Origin: a virus
Lineage: Duplodnaviria > Caudoviricetes
Reading direction: 5' to 3' (one strand)
Length of the DNA: 47,927 nt
Virus record (IMG/VR): IMGVR_UViG_3300032272_000022
Span: 1-47,927 of that record
Shown here: piece by piece, positions 38,650 through 46,709 of the stretch
Layout: every line of letters begins with the position of its first letter
How positions within the stretch are numbered: the first letter of the stretch is position 1
Position numbers and translations under genes: made by a program
The notes under the pieces: model-generated
Databases searched by the model: none
What the model saw: the letters and a program-made list of their open reading frames with translations, nothing else
What the model was told of the DNA's origin: nothing

Positions 38650-38970
38650 ATGACCATCGCATCAAAAATACTTGCCCTGCTCAAAACGCATCCAGCCCTG
38701 ACTATCGCCGAAATCCAAGAGACAGACGGATACAACTACTGCATAAGCAGCACGCGCAACGCAGTCCAACGCCTCACGCGAGAGGGATTAATCGACCTGG
38801 CCTTTTTCGTAGGTAAAGAAAAATCGCACAAACTCACCAGCAGAGGCTTCACCGAAATCAAACCCGAGACGAACCAAAAAATAAAGAGTGAATGGCTCGA
38901 AATACAAGTGCAACACAAGGCAATCAATCAGTTTCTTTATACAAAACATGACGCCGTAGCGCGTTTGTGA
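38650..38970 (+). CDS. Winged-helix DNA-binding protein
   Basis: ILALLK…LTIAEI…STRNAVQRLTREGLI. Confidence 0.65.
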   Translation: MTIASKILALLKTHPALTIAEIQETDGYNYCISSTRNAVQRLTREGLIDLAFFVGKEKSHKLTSRGFTEIKPETNQKIKSEWLEIQVQHKAINQFLYTKHDAVARL

Positions 38971-39007
38971 CATTGGAGATTAAACCCATGCAAAACAAAA
39001 CCACCCA

Positions 39008-39202
39008 ATGATAAAAGCAGGGCTAGCAAATCACCTGAGCCCACAACGCCCACGCCTGCGCGTGTATGAGGATGGCACTTGCAGGTATGAATTCACAATC
39101 GAAGGCTGGATTATTTTTGAGGATATAGCTAAGGCTTATGCGTTTTTGAAAGAGCAGATTAATCCCTTGCGCAGATCACCTGCTTTCAATCGGCACTGGT
39201 AA
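39008..39202 (+). CDS. Hypothetical protein
   Basis: TAATG coupling to the methylase gene. Confidence 0.5.
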   Translation: MIKAGLANHLSPQRPRLRVYEDGTCRYEFTIEGWIIFEDIAKAYAFLKEQINPLRRSPAFNRHW

Positions 39203-40824
39203 TGGCAATGCTACGTCATCAAATTAGGGACCGGGAACTGATTATCGATAACTTCGCCGGTGGCGGTGGCGCATCGCTTGGCATCGAGCAAGCATTGGGC
39301 CGACCGGTTGATATCGCTATCAATCACGACGCTGAAGCGGTAGCCACGCACACAGCCAACCACCCTGACAGCAAGCATTACTGTGAGGATGTCTGGCAGA
39401 TAAACCCACGCAACGCCTGCAAAGGCCGACCTGTCGGGCTTGCCTGGTTTAGCCCAGATTGCAAGCACCACTCAAAAGCCAAAGGCGGCAAACCCGTTAG
39501 CAAAAAGATTCGCGGGCTAGCCTGGGTCGTCATCAAATGGGCCAAACAGGCTCGCCCCAGAATCATCATGCTGGAAAACGTCGAAGAGTTCGCCGACTGG
39601 GGCCCGCTCAATATTGCGGTTGACGCCAAAACAGGTAGAGCCATTTACGAACCAGACGGCACCCCAAAACTATTCCCCTGCCCGCTACGCAAAGGCCAAA
39701 CCTTTCAATACTGGAAATCCCAACTCGAACGCCAGGGATATATCGTCGATTGGAAAATACTGCGCGCCAGCGACCACGGCGCGCCCACCATCCGCAAACG
39801 CCTGTTCTTAATCGCCCGGTGCGACGGTCGTCCCATCGTCTGGCCCAGGCCCACGCATGGCGACCCCAAAAGTGACGCAGTCAAACAAGGCAAGTTACTA
39901 CCCTGGCGCACAGCAGCTGAGTGCATCGACTGGACACTGCCAACACCATCGATATTCCTGAGCAAAGAAGAAGGCAAAAAAGCAAACGTGCGCCGACCAC
40001 TGGCACAAAACACCATGAAGCGAATTGCCAAAGGGATAAAACGCTTTGTTATTGATGCTGCGGAGCCGTTTATTGTTACCTGTAACCATAGTGGTGAAAG
40101 TTTCCGTGGACAGGGTTTAACCAAGCCGATGAACACAGTAGTCGGGAGCCGCGATGCTCACGGGCTGATAATCCCCAGCATCACCGAATGCGCCAACGCA
40201 TCCAGCCAACGCAACATGCCGGCCGATGAACCACTACGCACCATTTGCGCCCAAACCAAAGGCGGACATTTCGCCCTGGTCAGCGCCTTTCTCGCCAAAC
40301 ACTATGGCGGCAACTACGACGGCGCTGGACATGGACTTAACGAACAGACCGGCACCATCACAGCGAAGGATCATCATTCGCTGATCACATCCCACATGGT
40401 CAAGCTACGCGGCACCTGCAAAGACGGCCAACCAATCGACGAACCCGCCCCAACCATCACAGCAGGTGGTAATCACATCGGTGAGGTTCGCGCCTTTCTT
40501 ATCAAATACTATGGCACGGGTGGACAAGATCAAAGCTGTCAAGATCCAGTACACACCATCCCATCCCGCGAACGCTTCGGCCTCATCACTGTATCCGGAC
40601 AAGACTACATCATCGCCGACATCGGCATGCGCATGCTCACCCCGCGCGAGCTATATCGTGCCCAAAGCTTCCCCGACAGCTACATCATAGACCCGCAAAT
40701 CAACGGCAAGAAGTTAAGCAAAGCAGCACAGGTACGCATGGTCGGGAACTCAGTCGTGCCATGCCTGGCAAAAGCACTGGTTGAAGCCAATGTTCAATTT
40801 GATAGAAAACGTCACGTTGCTTAG
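39202..40824 (+). CDS. DNA (cytosine-5) methyltransferase, orphan phage type
   Basis: FAGGGG, SPDC, ENV, RKRLF and GNSV motifs; internal PxxTI repeats. Confidence 0.95.
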   Translation: MAMLRHQIRDRELIIDNFAGGGGASLGIEQALGRPVDIAINHDAEAVATHTANHPDSKHYCEDVWQINPRNACKGRPVGLAWFSPDCKHHSKAKGGKPVSKKIRGLAWVVIKWAKQARPRIIMLENVEEFADWGPLNIAVDAKTGRAIYEPDGTPKLFPCPLRKGQTFQYWKSQLERQGYIVDWKILRASDHGAPTIRKRLFLIARCDGRPIVWPRPTHGDPKSDAVKQGKLLPWRTAAECIDWTLPTPSIFLSKEEGKKANVRRPLAQNTMKRIAKGIKRFVIDAAEPFIVTCNHSGESFRGQGLTKPMNTVVGSRDAHGLIIPSITECANASSQRNMPADEPLRTICAQTKGGHFALVSAFLAKHYGGNYDGAGHGLNEQTGTITAKDHHSLITSHMVKLRGTCKDGQPIDEPAPTITAGGNHIGEVRAFLIKYYGTGGQDQSCQDPVHTIPSRERFGLITVSGQDYIIADIGMRMLTPRELYRAQSFPDSYIIDPQINGKKLSKAAQVRMVGNSVVPCLAKALVEANVQFDRKRHVA

Positions 40825-40834
40825 GAGACAATAA

Positions 40835-41053
40835 ATGATGTCCCACCCATCCACAAAACCAGCGATCCACGGCTTCCAGCCAACAGATCCCATGGTCAGC
40901 AAAATCGATCACCTGGCTGAAGTTTGCCAACTGTGGAAAGAAAGGCGTCAAAAACACATGCAAACGAACAGTCTGCGCGCCAGTGTCGTCGTGCTGTGTG
41001 AAGAAATTGCTGATTTGGCTCGGGCGCATCCTGAGCCTTCGAGGAAACCATAA
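40835..41053 (+). CDS. Hypothetical protein
   Basis: AGGAG RBS; coupled to the next gene. Confidence 0.55.
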   Translation: MMSHPSTKPAIHGFQPTDPMVSKIDHLAEVCQLWKERRQKHMQTNSLRASVVVLCEEIADLARAHPEPSRKP

Positions 41054-41340
41054 TGCATCACTTCCACCAACTCGAATGCGCCATCGAATCAATCATTCAG
41101 ATTGCAGAAAACGTGAGTCCACGCCCACTCACACTGCATGACAACGAGTCAATCGCTGGACTCGTCAAAAGCAGCGACAACAACCCGACTGTCGGTCATG
41201 TACCGCATCCTTTTGGGGGATGTATGGGCGTCACGACTAGTCCTAGAGAAAATTACCTTGGGGAACAATCAGTCACCATTGCTTTGAAGCGCGAACCCCA
41301 CGTGGAGCGGGTGGCTGGTTATATTGGGATACAGATATGA
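41053..41340 (+). CDS. Hypothetical protein
   Basis: TAATG and ATGA couplings. Confidence 0.55.
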   Translation: MHHFHQLECAIESIIQIAENVSPRPLTLHDNESIAGLVKSSDNNPTVGHVPHPFGGCMGVTTSPRENYLGEQSVTIALKREPHVERVAGYIGIQI

Positions 41341-41831
41341 GTCGAGGCATCAACAAAGCAATCATCGTCGGCACACTAGGCCACGATCCATCCCTGCGAT
41401 CAATGCCCAACGGCAATGCCGTGGTTAACTTCTCCGTTGCCACCAACGAAAGCTGGAAAGACAAGCAAACCGACCAGCAGCACGAACACACCGAATGGCA
41501 CAACATCGTCATCTTCGGCAAGCTCGCCGAAATCGCCAAACAATACCTGGTCAAAGGCTCGCAAGCCTACTTCGAAGGCAAGCTAAAAACCGAAAAATGG
41601 CAGGACAGAACCGGCAACGATCGCTACACCACCAAAATCATTGTGTCCGACATGCAGATGCTAGGGCGCAAATCCGAAGGCGCAGCGCACGACAACACCG
41701 ACCATCGACCAAAACCAGAACCCGGCAAATCAACTGCGCACGGGCAAGCGTATCGCGCGGCCACGGAAGGTAGCGCGATACCAGACAACAGCGCGCCTGT
41801 TGATGATGGTTTTGATGATATTCCTTTTTGA
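41337..41831 (+). CDS. ssb: Single-stranded DNA-binding protein
   Basis: [12 protein letters not shown]…TEWH…; acidic tip DDIPF. Confidence 0.97.
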   Translation: MSRGINKAIIVGTLGHDPSLRSMPNGNAVVNFSVATNESWKDKQTDQQHEHTEWHNIVIFGKLAEIAKQYLVKGSQAYFEGKLKTEKWQDRTGNDRYTTKIIVSDMQMLGRKSEGAAHDNTDHRPKPEPGKSTAHGQAYRAATEGSAIPDNSAPVDDGFDDIPF

Positions 41832-42454
41832 TGATGCAAAAAATCATGAACCCATTATTCATCCCACTAAAAACAGAGTTCTTCGATGCCTTTGCATCAG
41901 GCGAAAAAACCGAAGAACTCAGAGCCTACGGCCCGCGATGGAATGAGCAAACATGTGCCATCGGGCGCAACGTCACACTCAGCAAAGGCTATGGCAAACA
42001 AAACCGACTAACAGGAAAAATATGGAAGTTCAAAAAACAACATGCGACGCTTTTTGGCAGCACATACAAAGCGGCAATCAAGTCCGTATTTGGGACACTC
42101 GACATCGAAATAGCCTGCATATCAATTGCTGATTTAGAACCGTTAACGGACATTAGAATGCCTGAAAGAATCCAACGCCGACGCACCAAAGGCTGGCGCA
42201 TGCCCGACAACACTATCTATGTCGGCAGGGGCAGCAAATGGGGTAACCATTTCACAGTCGAGCAATACGGGCGCGAAAAAGCCATTGAAAAGTTCCGGAG
42301 CTATATCGGTCATCCTAATAGCCCACACCGATTTGAACCGGAAGAAATCGAACAGCTACGCGGTAAAAATCTGGCGTGCTGGTGCTCACTCGACCATGCA
42401 TGTCATGCCGACGTATTGCTAGAGATAGCAAACAATAACCAGGTGCAACCATGA
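41828..42454 (+). CDS. ASCH/PUA-like domain fused to a DUF4326-like domain
   Basis: [14 protein letters not shown], then [12 protein letters not shown]…[10 protein letters not shown]…CHADVL. Confidence 0.7.
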   Translation: MMMQKIMNPLFIPLKTEFFDAFASGEKTEELRAYGPRWNEQTCAIGRNVTLSKGYGKQNRLTGKIWKFKKQHATLFGSTYKAAIKSVFGTLDIEIACISIADLEPLTDIRMPERIQRRRTKGWRMPDNTIYVGRGSKWGNHFTVEQYGREKAIEKFRSYIGHPNSPHRFEPEEIEQLRGKNLACWCSLDHACHADVLLEIANNNQVQP

Positions 42455-42801
42455 CCCTATCCTGCTCATGCGACTTCGAAGACTGCGCATTTTTTTACGA
42501 CTCGCCGACCGACTATGAAACGCTCGACACTATCCGCCGAGGCCGGTGTTTAAGCTGCAAAGACCAGATTGATGTCGGTGCAATAACAACAGCGTTCCCA
42601 AGCTGGCGACCACCCAACTCGGATATCGAAGAACGAATCCATGGCGAAGATGGCGAAGTCCCAATGGCAACCAAATACATGTGCGAAGAATGCAGCGATC
42701 TCTTCTTCTCACTCACCGAACTAGGCTACTGCATCACGATCGGCACGCACACCATGAAAGAACTGGTTGCGATGCATAACAACCAGGAGGTCGACCAATG
42801 A
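42451..42801 (+). CDS. Hypothetical Zn-finger-like protein
   Basis: CxxC…CxxC pairs. Confidence 0.6.
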   Translation: MTLSCSCDFEDCAFFYDSPTDYETLDTIRRGRCLSCKDQIDVGAITTAFPSWRPPNSDIEERIHGEDGEVPMATKYMCEECSDLFFSLTELGYCITIGTHTMKELVAMHNNQEVDQ

Positions 42802-42923
42802 TCATTCATAAACTTTGGAAAAAACGAAGCAATGGTGGCTGTACAGTTACTTACTGTGAAGGATGGTTTCTGTTTGGAATTATCCCTTTATATATCAAAA
42901 AAACTGTTGTGGGAGATTAAATA

Positions 42924-43232
42924 ATGGCTGATCAATCCGCAATAAGAAAATACCGCCCATCAAACGGCACCGAAGGTGAAATATTCACGGCCGTTCACTG
43001 CTTTCAATGCGAACGCGATAATTATGATCTTGAAACAGGCGAAGGTGAACCCTGCGAAATACTTGGGCGCACAATGGTCCACTCGCGCGACGATGACGAA
43101 TACCCCAGCGAATGGACATTTGACCAGGAAGGCAACCCAACCTGCACAGCATTCATCACAAAAGACGAACCAGTACCGATCCGATGCACCAGGACGAATG
43201 ACATGTTTGGAGAATTCGATGGTCGACAATAA
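42924..43232 (+). CDS. Hypothetical Cys-containing phage protein
   Basis: PSNGTEG…CxxC…C…PxC; GGGAG RBS. Confidence 0.65.
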   Translation: MADQSAIRKYRPSNGTEGEIFTAVHCFQCERDNYDLETGEGEPCEILGRTMVHSRDDDEYPSEWTFDQEGNPTCTAFITKDEPVPIRCTRTNDMFGEFDGRQ

Positions 43233-43752
43233 AAGCAAAGCCGAAGCAATCATGAATTTTGTAGACTCGATGGTAGGCGCATTTGATGCGGGATACGTCG
43301 ACAGAAATCATTGCACCCTATCTGAGATTCACACAGTCGCAAAGCATCATGTTAAAGATACGTATGGAGTGGATCAGCCAAATGCTGTGGAAAAATACGG
43401 CGAAAAAATGGCTAAAGATATTGGGCTTAATTCCCCGCGTCCAGAAAACTATCCGCATGCGAGAACCTGCCGCCGCGTTGTTTGTGCCGCAATTCGATCA
43501 AGTGACGGCGACGTATTAATCGGCATCCGGCACTACAGCAAAGACATGCACCAGCAAATCAAAGCACGACACGACGGTAAAAAATTTTTACGCCGACACG
43601 ATCCAGACCAGGGCTTTGTCGATCAATACGGCGTGTACATGACCCGTGAAGAAGCCTTTGAGGTAGCCAAAGCTGCCAACCAGGTAATATTTGTAGAGCA
43701 CTGTGGCAAGGGGCTTGACGGAATGAAGCTGTACAGCGAAGGGCTGTATTGA
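43219..43752 (+). CDS. Hypothetical phage protein
   Basis: GGAG RBS before ATG 43219; VVCAAIR…RH…QGFVDQYG…LYSEGLY. Confidence 0.7.
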   Translation: MVDNKSKAEAIMNFVDSMVGAFDAGYVDRNHCTLSEIHTVAKHHVKDTYGVDQPNAVEKYGEKMAKDIGLNSPRPENYPHARTCRRVVCAAIRSSDGDVLIGIRHYSKDMHQQIKARHDGKKFLRRHDPDQGFVDQYGVYMTREEAFEVAKAANQVIFVEHCGKGLDGMKLYSEGLY

Positions 43753-43809
43753 GCATAACCCCAAGCTTTGTGGAGAGCGAAGCGATTCCAAAACAGCGTA
43801 TTGTTATGT
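43753..43809 (-). repeat. attC site 1 (57 bp)
   Basis: Minus strand: ACATAAC-AATAC-GCT[G]TTTTGGA…TCCACAAAGC-TTGGG-GTTATGC; near-identical to 45694-45751. Confidence 0.85.
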
Positions 43810-43835
43810 TTTTATTAATTTTAAACAGGTGAAAT

Positions 43836-44051
43836 ATGGAGCTTACAAACGAGCATATAGAAATATTAAAACACACTGCTAAGAACAGGTACTTTTGCGG
43901 CGACAGTAAAGAAATGCAAGAACTTTGTAATTTTAAAATGATGGTTTACGTGGGAAAAAAACCATTCGTGCCAGACCCATATTTTGAATTAATGAATGAC
44001 GGTAAAACATTTCTCGAAGCCCTTAACGAGCTTGAATGTGCCGAAACATAA
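43836..44051 (+). CDS. Cassette A hypothetical protein (winged-helix-like)
   Basis: AGGTG RBS; stop TAA lies in ACATAAC. Confidence 0.7.
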   Translation: MELTNEHIEILKHTAKNRYFCGDSKEMQELCNFKMMVYVGKKPFVPDPYFELMNDGKTFLEALNELECAET

Positions 44052-44172
44052 CCCTGGCTATTTGCTGCCACCGAAACGAAAACGAGGACTTAAATTATGA
44101 CCGATAAAACTGAGACCACTGCCCCCAAATCAATTACAGGTTTAGGTGGTCAGAAACATAGCGTTGTTAAGT
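44046..44172 (-). repeat. attC site 2 (127 bp) containing RBS and ATG of 44097-44288
   Basis: Arms GCTATTTGCTGCCACCGAAAC / GTTTAGGTGGTCAGAAACATAGC with two bulged bases. Confidence 0.85.
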
Positions 44173-44288
44173 GCGTTATTTGTAACGACACTGGCTGGAA
44201 CCACGGCGCTCAGTGCCACCCCAGCAAAGCCCATCCCAAAGGGTGGAGGACTATTAAATGTGATTGCGCGGCAGGTAAAAAATCATGA
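44097..44288 (+). CDS. Cassette B small Zn-ribbon-like protein
   Basis: GAGGA RBS; CVICNDTG…CDC. Confidence 0.6.
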   Translation: MTDKTETTAPKSITGLGGQKHSVVKCVICNDTGWNHGAQCHPSKAHPKGWRTIKCDCAAGKKS

Positions 44289-44470
44289 TAACGATAACTT
44301 TTCACGGGTGGATAATTCCACTGATAATAACTGTGTGCGGGTTTAGTGCAGCATATTTGTTGACACGCAATGCTGGTGGTATAGCTGGGCCATTAGCGCC
44401 GGTTATAGGTTACGGCGTGGCGCTGGTTTTAGCTTTAATAGTGTGGATGATTTATGGATTAGCCGCTTAA
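44285..44470 (+). CDS. Cassette B small two-TM membrane protein
   Basis: ATGA coupling; two hydrophobic helices; stop lies in GCTTAAC. Confidence 0.65.
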   Translation: MITITFHGWIIPLIITVCGFSAAYLLTRNAGGIAGPLAPVIGYGVALVLALIVWMIYGLAA

Positions 44471-44583
44471 CCCTAAATTTTGCAGTGCATAAACGAACTT
44501 AAATAGGCGATGAAATGAGCAAGAACACTGAACAAAAAACCGAGCACCCTGGCAAAGTGTCTGCCAACAATGATTTGTTATGC
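44465..44583 (-). repeat. attC site 3 (119 bp) containing the start of 44515-44943
   Basis: Minus strand: GCATAAC-AAATC-ATT[G]TTG[G]CAG…CTGCAAAAT-TTAGG-GTTAAGC. Confidence 0.8.
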
Positions 44584-44943
44584 GCTTATTATCCTTTGCT
44601 ACATCATTCGCTGGGAATCACCGACCCTGAACAATTTGATAGTTACAGAAATTATTTTGAGGCCAGCGGCGGACACAGTGATTTACCAGGATTATTAAAA
44701 CTCTGCGAAGCTGGGTTAATGGTAGAAGGAAATTCCCCTAGTTTTTGCCATGAAGATTCCCGCACTTTTTATGTAACCCAAGAAGGGCGGGCAATGGCTT
44801 TTGAGACTAGGCCGAAACCGCCGAAACTGACAAGAGGTCAGCGACGATACAGAGCATATTTAAAATCAGAGGCAGACGAAAGTTTTGGTGACTGGTTGAA
44901 AGACCCATATTGGGATGACTACAGGCGTCAGCTAGGCGCATAA
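44515..44943 (+). CDS. Cassette C hypothetical phage protein
   Basis: HSLG…YRNYF…LTRGQRRYRAYL…FGDWL; stop lies in GCATAAC. Confidence 0.75.
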   Translation: MSKNTEQKTEHPGKVSANNDLLCAYYPLLHHSLGITDPEQFDSYRNYFEASGGHSDLPGLLKLCEAGLMVEGNSPSFCHEDSRTFYVTQEGRAMAFETRPKPPKLTRGQRRYRAYLKSEADESFGDWLKDPYWDDYRRQLGA

Positions 44944-45060
44944 CCCAAAGCTATGCGGCGCATACGACTAACTTAACGAGACTTTGAACCATGAACGAAG
45001 ACCAGAACCAGAAACAAGCACTGAACGCAAAGCGTCCGATTCATGAGCGCTTTGTTAGCT
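44938..45060 (-). repeat. attC site 4 (123 bp) containing the start of 44991-45290
   Basis: Minus strand: AGCTAAC-AAAGC-GCT[C]ATG…CATAGC-TTTGG-GTTATGC. Confidence 0.8.
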
Positions 45061-45290
45061 GTGGGGAATACGATAAAAAAACTTTTGACAAAATCAATAA
45101 AGTTATAAAAACAAAGATTGCAGAACTTAAAGACGATTACGAAAAACTAAAAGCAGTCGATTCTCTTATCGGTGAAGATGCCACGAAGGAGAAAAAACAC
45201 GACTTATTGAATTCTGTATTTGTGCTACAAGAGGTCCAATCAGAATCTATGGATATTTTATTTACACCCGTGAAAAGCGTGAGCAGCTAA
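44991..45290 (+). CDS. Cassette D hypothetical protein
   Basis: 99 aa; stop lies in AGCTAAC. Confidence 0.65.
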   Translation: MNEDQNQKQALNAKRPIHERFVSCGEYDKKTFDKINKVIKTKIAELKDDYEKLKAVDSLIGEDATKEKKHDLLNSVFVLQEVQSESMDILFTPVKSVSS

Positions 45291-45412
45291 CCCCCGCGTT
45301 AATTTGACGCCGAAACGAAACTGAGGATTTAACAAAATGGCAGAAATTGAAGAGTACCTAAAAGACAAAAAGGCCGCTGAAAAAGGCGGTCAAATTGAAC
45401 CTGTTGTTATGT
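45285..45412 (-). repeat. attC site 5 (128 bp) containing RBS and ATG of 45337-45699
   Basis: Minus strand: ACATAAC-AACAG-GTT[C]AATTTGAC[C]GCC…GGCGTCAAATTAAC-GCGGGG-GTTAGCT. Confidence 0.9.
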
Positions 45413-45699
45413 GGCGTGGTGGTGACGGGATGACTAAGCCAGTAAAGGTTTCTTGCCCTGATGGGTTATGGCCCGAATACGATTCCGACGGGGTTCAAAT
45501 ATTTGAAAACACTCACTTCAAAACCGAAGATCAAGCATGGAAAAGTATCGAAGAAAGTGTTCTAGCTGGGATATCGTTAGCCGGTCGTGAGGTCGAGTTT
45601 AGGGAGAAGCAACTGGCAGAATCGAAGGATTGGGCGGCACAGGCTGCAAAAGATTTTGCTTTGTTTCGAACAAATTTGAGAAATAAGAACGACACATAA
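45337..45699 (+). CDS. Cassette E hypothetical protein
   Basis: GAGGA RBS; stop lies in ACATAAC. Confidence 0.7.
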   Translation: MAEIEEYLKDKKAAEKGGQIEPVVMWRGGDGMTKPVKVSCPDGLWPEYDSDGVQIFENTHFKTEDQAWKSIEESVLAGISLAGREVEFREKQLAESKDWAAQAAKDFALFRTNLRNKNDT

Positions 45700-45751
45700 C
45701 CCCATAGCTTTGTGGAGAGCGAAGCGATTCCAAAACAGCGTATTGTTATGC
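45694..45751 (-). repeat. attC site 6 (58 bp)
   Basis: Core AGCTTTGTGGAGAGCGAAGCGATTCCAAAACAGCGTATTGTTATG identical to site 1. Confidence 0.85.
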
Positions 45752-45767
45752 GCAGGAGTGATTAACG

Positions 45768-45989
45768 ATGCCAGATCGTGATAAAGATTTAGAACAGCTA
45801 CAGGCCATGAATCCTACACAATGGCGCTATGTGAATTGGCTTGAGGAAGGTGGAGGGGAAGTGCAGCGGGTGCATGATGTTTATGTCTTGTTTGAAATTC
45901 CACGGTACGGAGGGAAGCCTCAATATGTTGGGACATATCACCGAGATGATCTACATAAGCTAATAGACATGGCGTACTCATGGACGTGA
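45768..45989 (+). CDS. Cassette F hypothetical protein
   Basis: AGGAG RBS; LFEIPRYGGKP…AYSWT. Confidence 0.7.
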   Translation: MPDRDKDLEQLQAMNPTQWRYVNWLEEGGGEVQRVHDVYVLFEIPRYGGKPQYVGTYHRDDLHKLIDMAYSWT

Positions 45990-45990
45990 C

Positions 45991-46010
45991 GCATAACACT
46001 AGATTATCAA
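45991..46010 (-). other. Putative attI-like primary insertion site of the array
   Basis: Minus strand TGATAAT-CTAGT-GTTATGC: simple-site geometry and no attC hairpin. Confidence 0.55.
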
Positions 46011-46035
46011 GACCTTGCAAGGTACCGGTTAAAAA

Positions 46036-46341
46036 ATGTACAGAAAAACAGCTAAATCATTAAAGTACGAAAACATGCGCAAAGCCAAGGAACGTAAGCG
46101 CCTGGAGTCACCTGCGCCTGAACCAATCATCGATCTACCCGATCTGCGCAAGACCATCGTAATAACAAATTTCGATTTTGGTGAAGAAGTGCATAGGTTC
46201 GAGCTAATGCAAACCGGGCGCATCGATCAATATAAGGTGTTGGTAGATGGAGAACTATGGAAGCACCGCATCGGACTATCCGGGATTCTGGCAGGTGTCA
46301 GAAAATCCATGCCTCCAGTGAGATCAATCTATGCGAATTAA
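46036..46341 (+). CDS. Hypothetical protein
   Basis: 101-aa ORF in the early operon. Confidence 0.65.
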   Translation: MYRKTAKSLKYENMRKAKERKRLESPAPEPIIDLPDLRKTIVITNFDFGEEVHRFELMQTGRIDQYKVLVDGELWKHRIGLSGILAGVRKSMPPVRSIYAN

Positions 46342-46493
46342 AAACCCCCAGCAAGCAAGCTTACCAGGGGCCTCGGAAGCATCCACCATCCCTGGTGGTG
46401 CGGATCAGAATGATCGTGACCAAACTATGGCAAATTTCAGCAGTGCAGAAAATAGCCATATTCAACAAGTTTTGTAAGAAATAGACTACAAAA

Positions 46494-46709
46494 ATGTTTT
46501 TATCGCCCACCGATATCGCAGAACTAACCAACGCAAAGCGCAAAGATCGACAGATCCAGGCGTTGCAAGACATGCGAATTCGGTTTGCAAAGGCGATCGA
46601 CGGCAGGCCAAAAGTTTTACAAGCAGAGGTTGAACGGGTTATGCTCGGCGGGCCGATCGTCGATCGAGCGACAGAACAGCAACCCAGGTTCGACAAAATA
46701 CATGGCTAA
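46494..46709 (+). CDS. Putative excisionase (DUF4224-like)
   Basis: MFLSPTDIAELT…QIQAL…DGRPKV; overlaps the integrase start. Confidence 0.8.
   Translation: MFLSPTDIAELTNAKRKDRQIQALQDMRIRFAKAIDGRPKVLQAEVERVMLGGPIVDRATEQQPRFDKIHG

Larger units (their letters stand above)
43753..46010 (-). mobile_element. Array of six attC-delimited gene cassettes lacking an integron integrase (CALIN-like), genes antisense to attC
   Basis: Six hairpins with R/L boxes, 5 and 5-6 bp spacers and an extra base at L'' position 4 on the minus strand; each cassette's two ends are complementary. Confidence 0.88.

Noticed and set aside
43465-43490. CGCGTTGTTTGTGCC (RRVVCA) as a seventh cassette boundary
   Set aside because: No upstream TAAC hairpin and no complementarity to GAGCATAAC
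44046-45412. N-terminal leaders swapped between genes by cassette shuffling
   Set aside because: Extrahelical-base polarity puts the crossover at TAA|C, so the start-containing attC travels with its own gene
43753-45751. CRISPR array or REP interpretation of the repeats
   Set aside because: The intervals are whole genes of 200-450 bp, the repeats vary in sequence but keep attC geometry, and there are no cas genes
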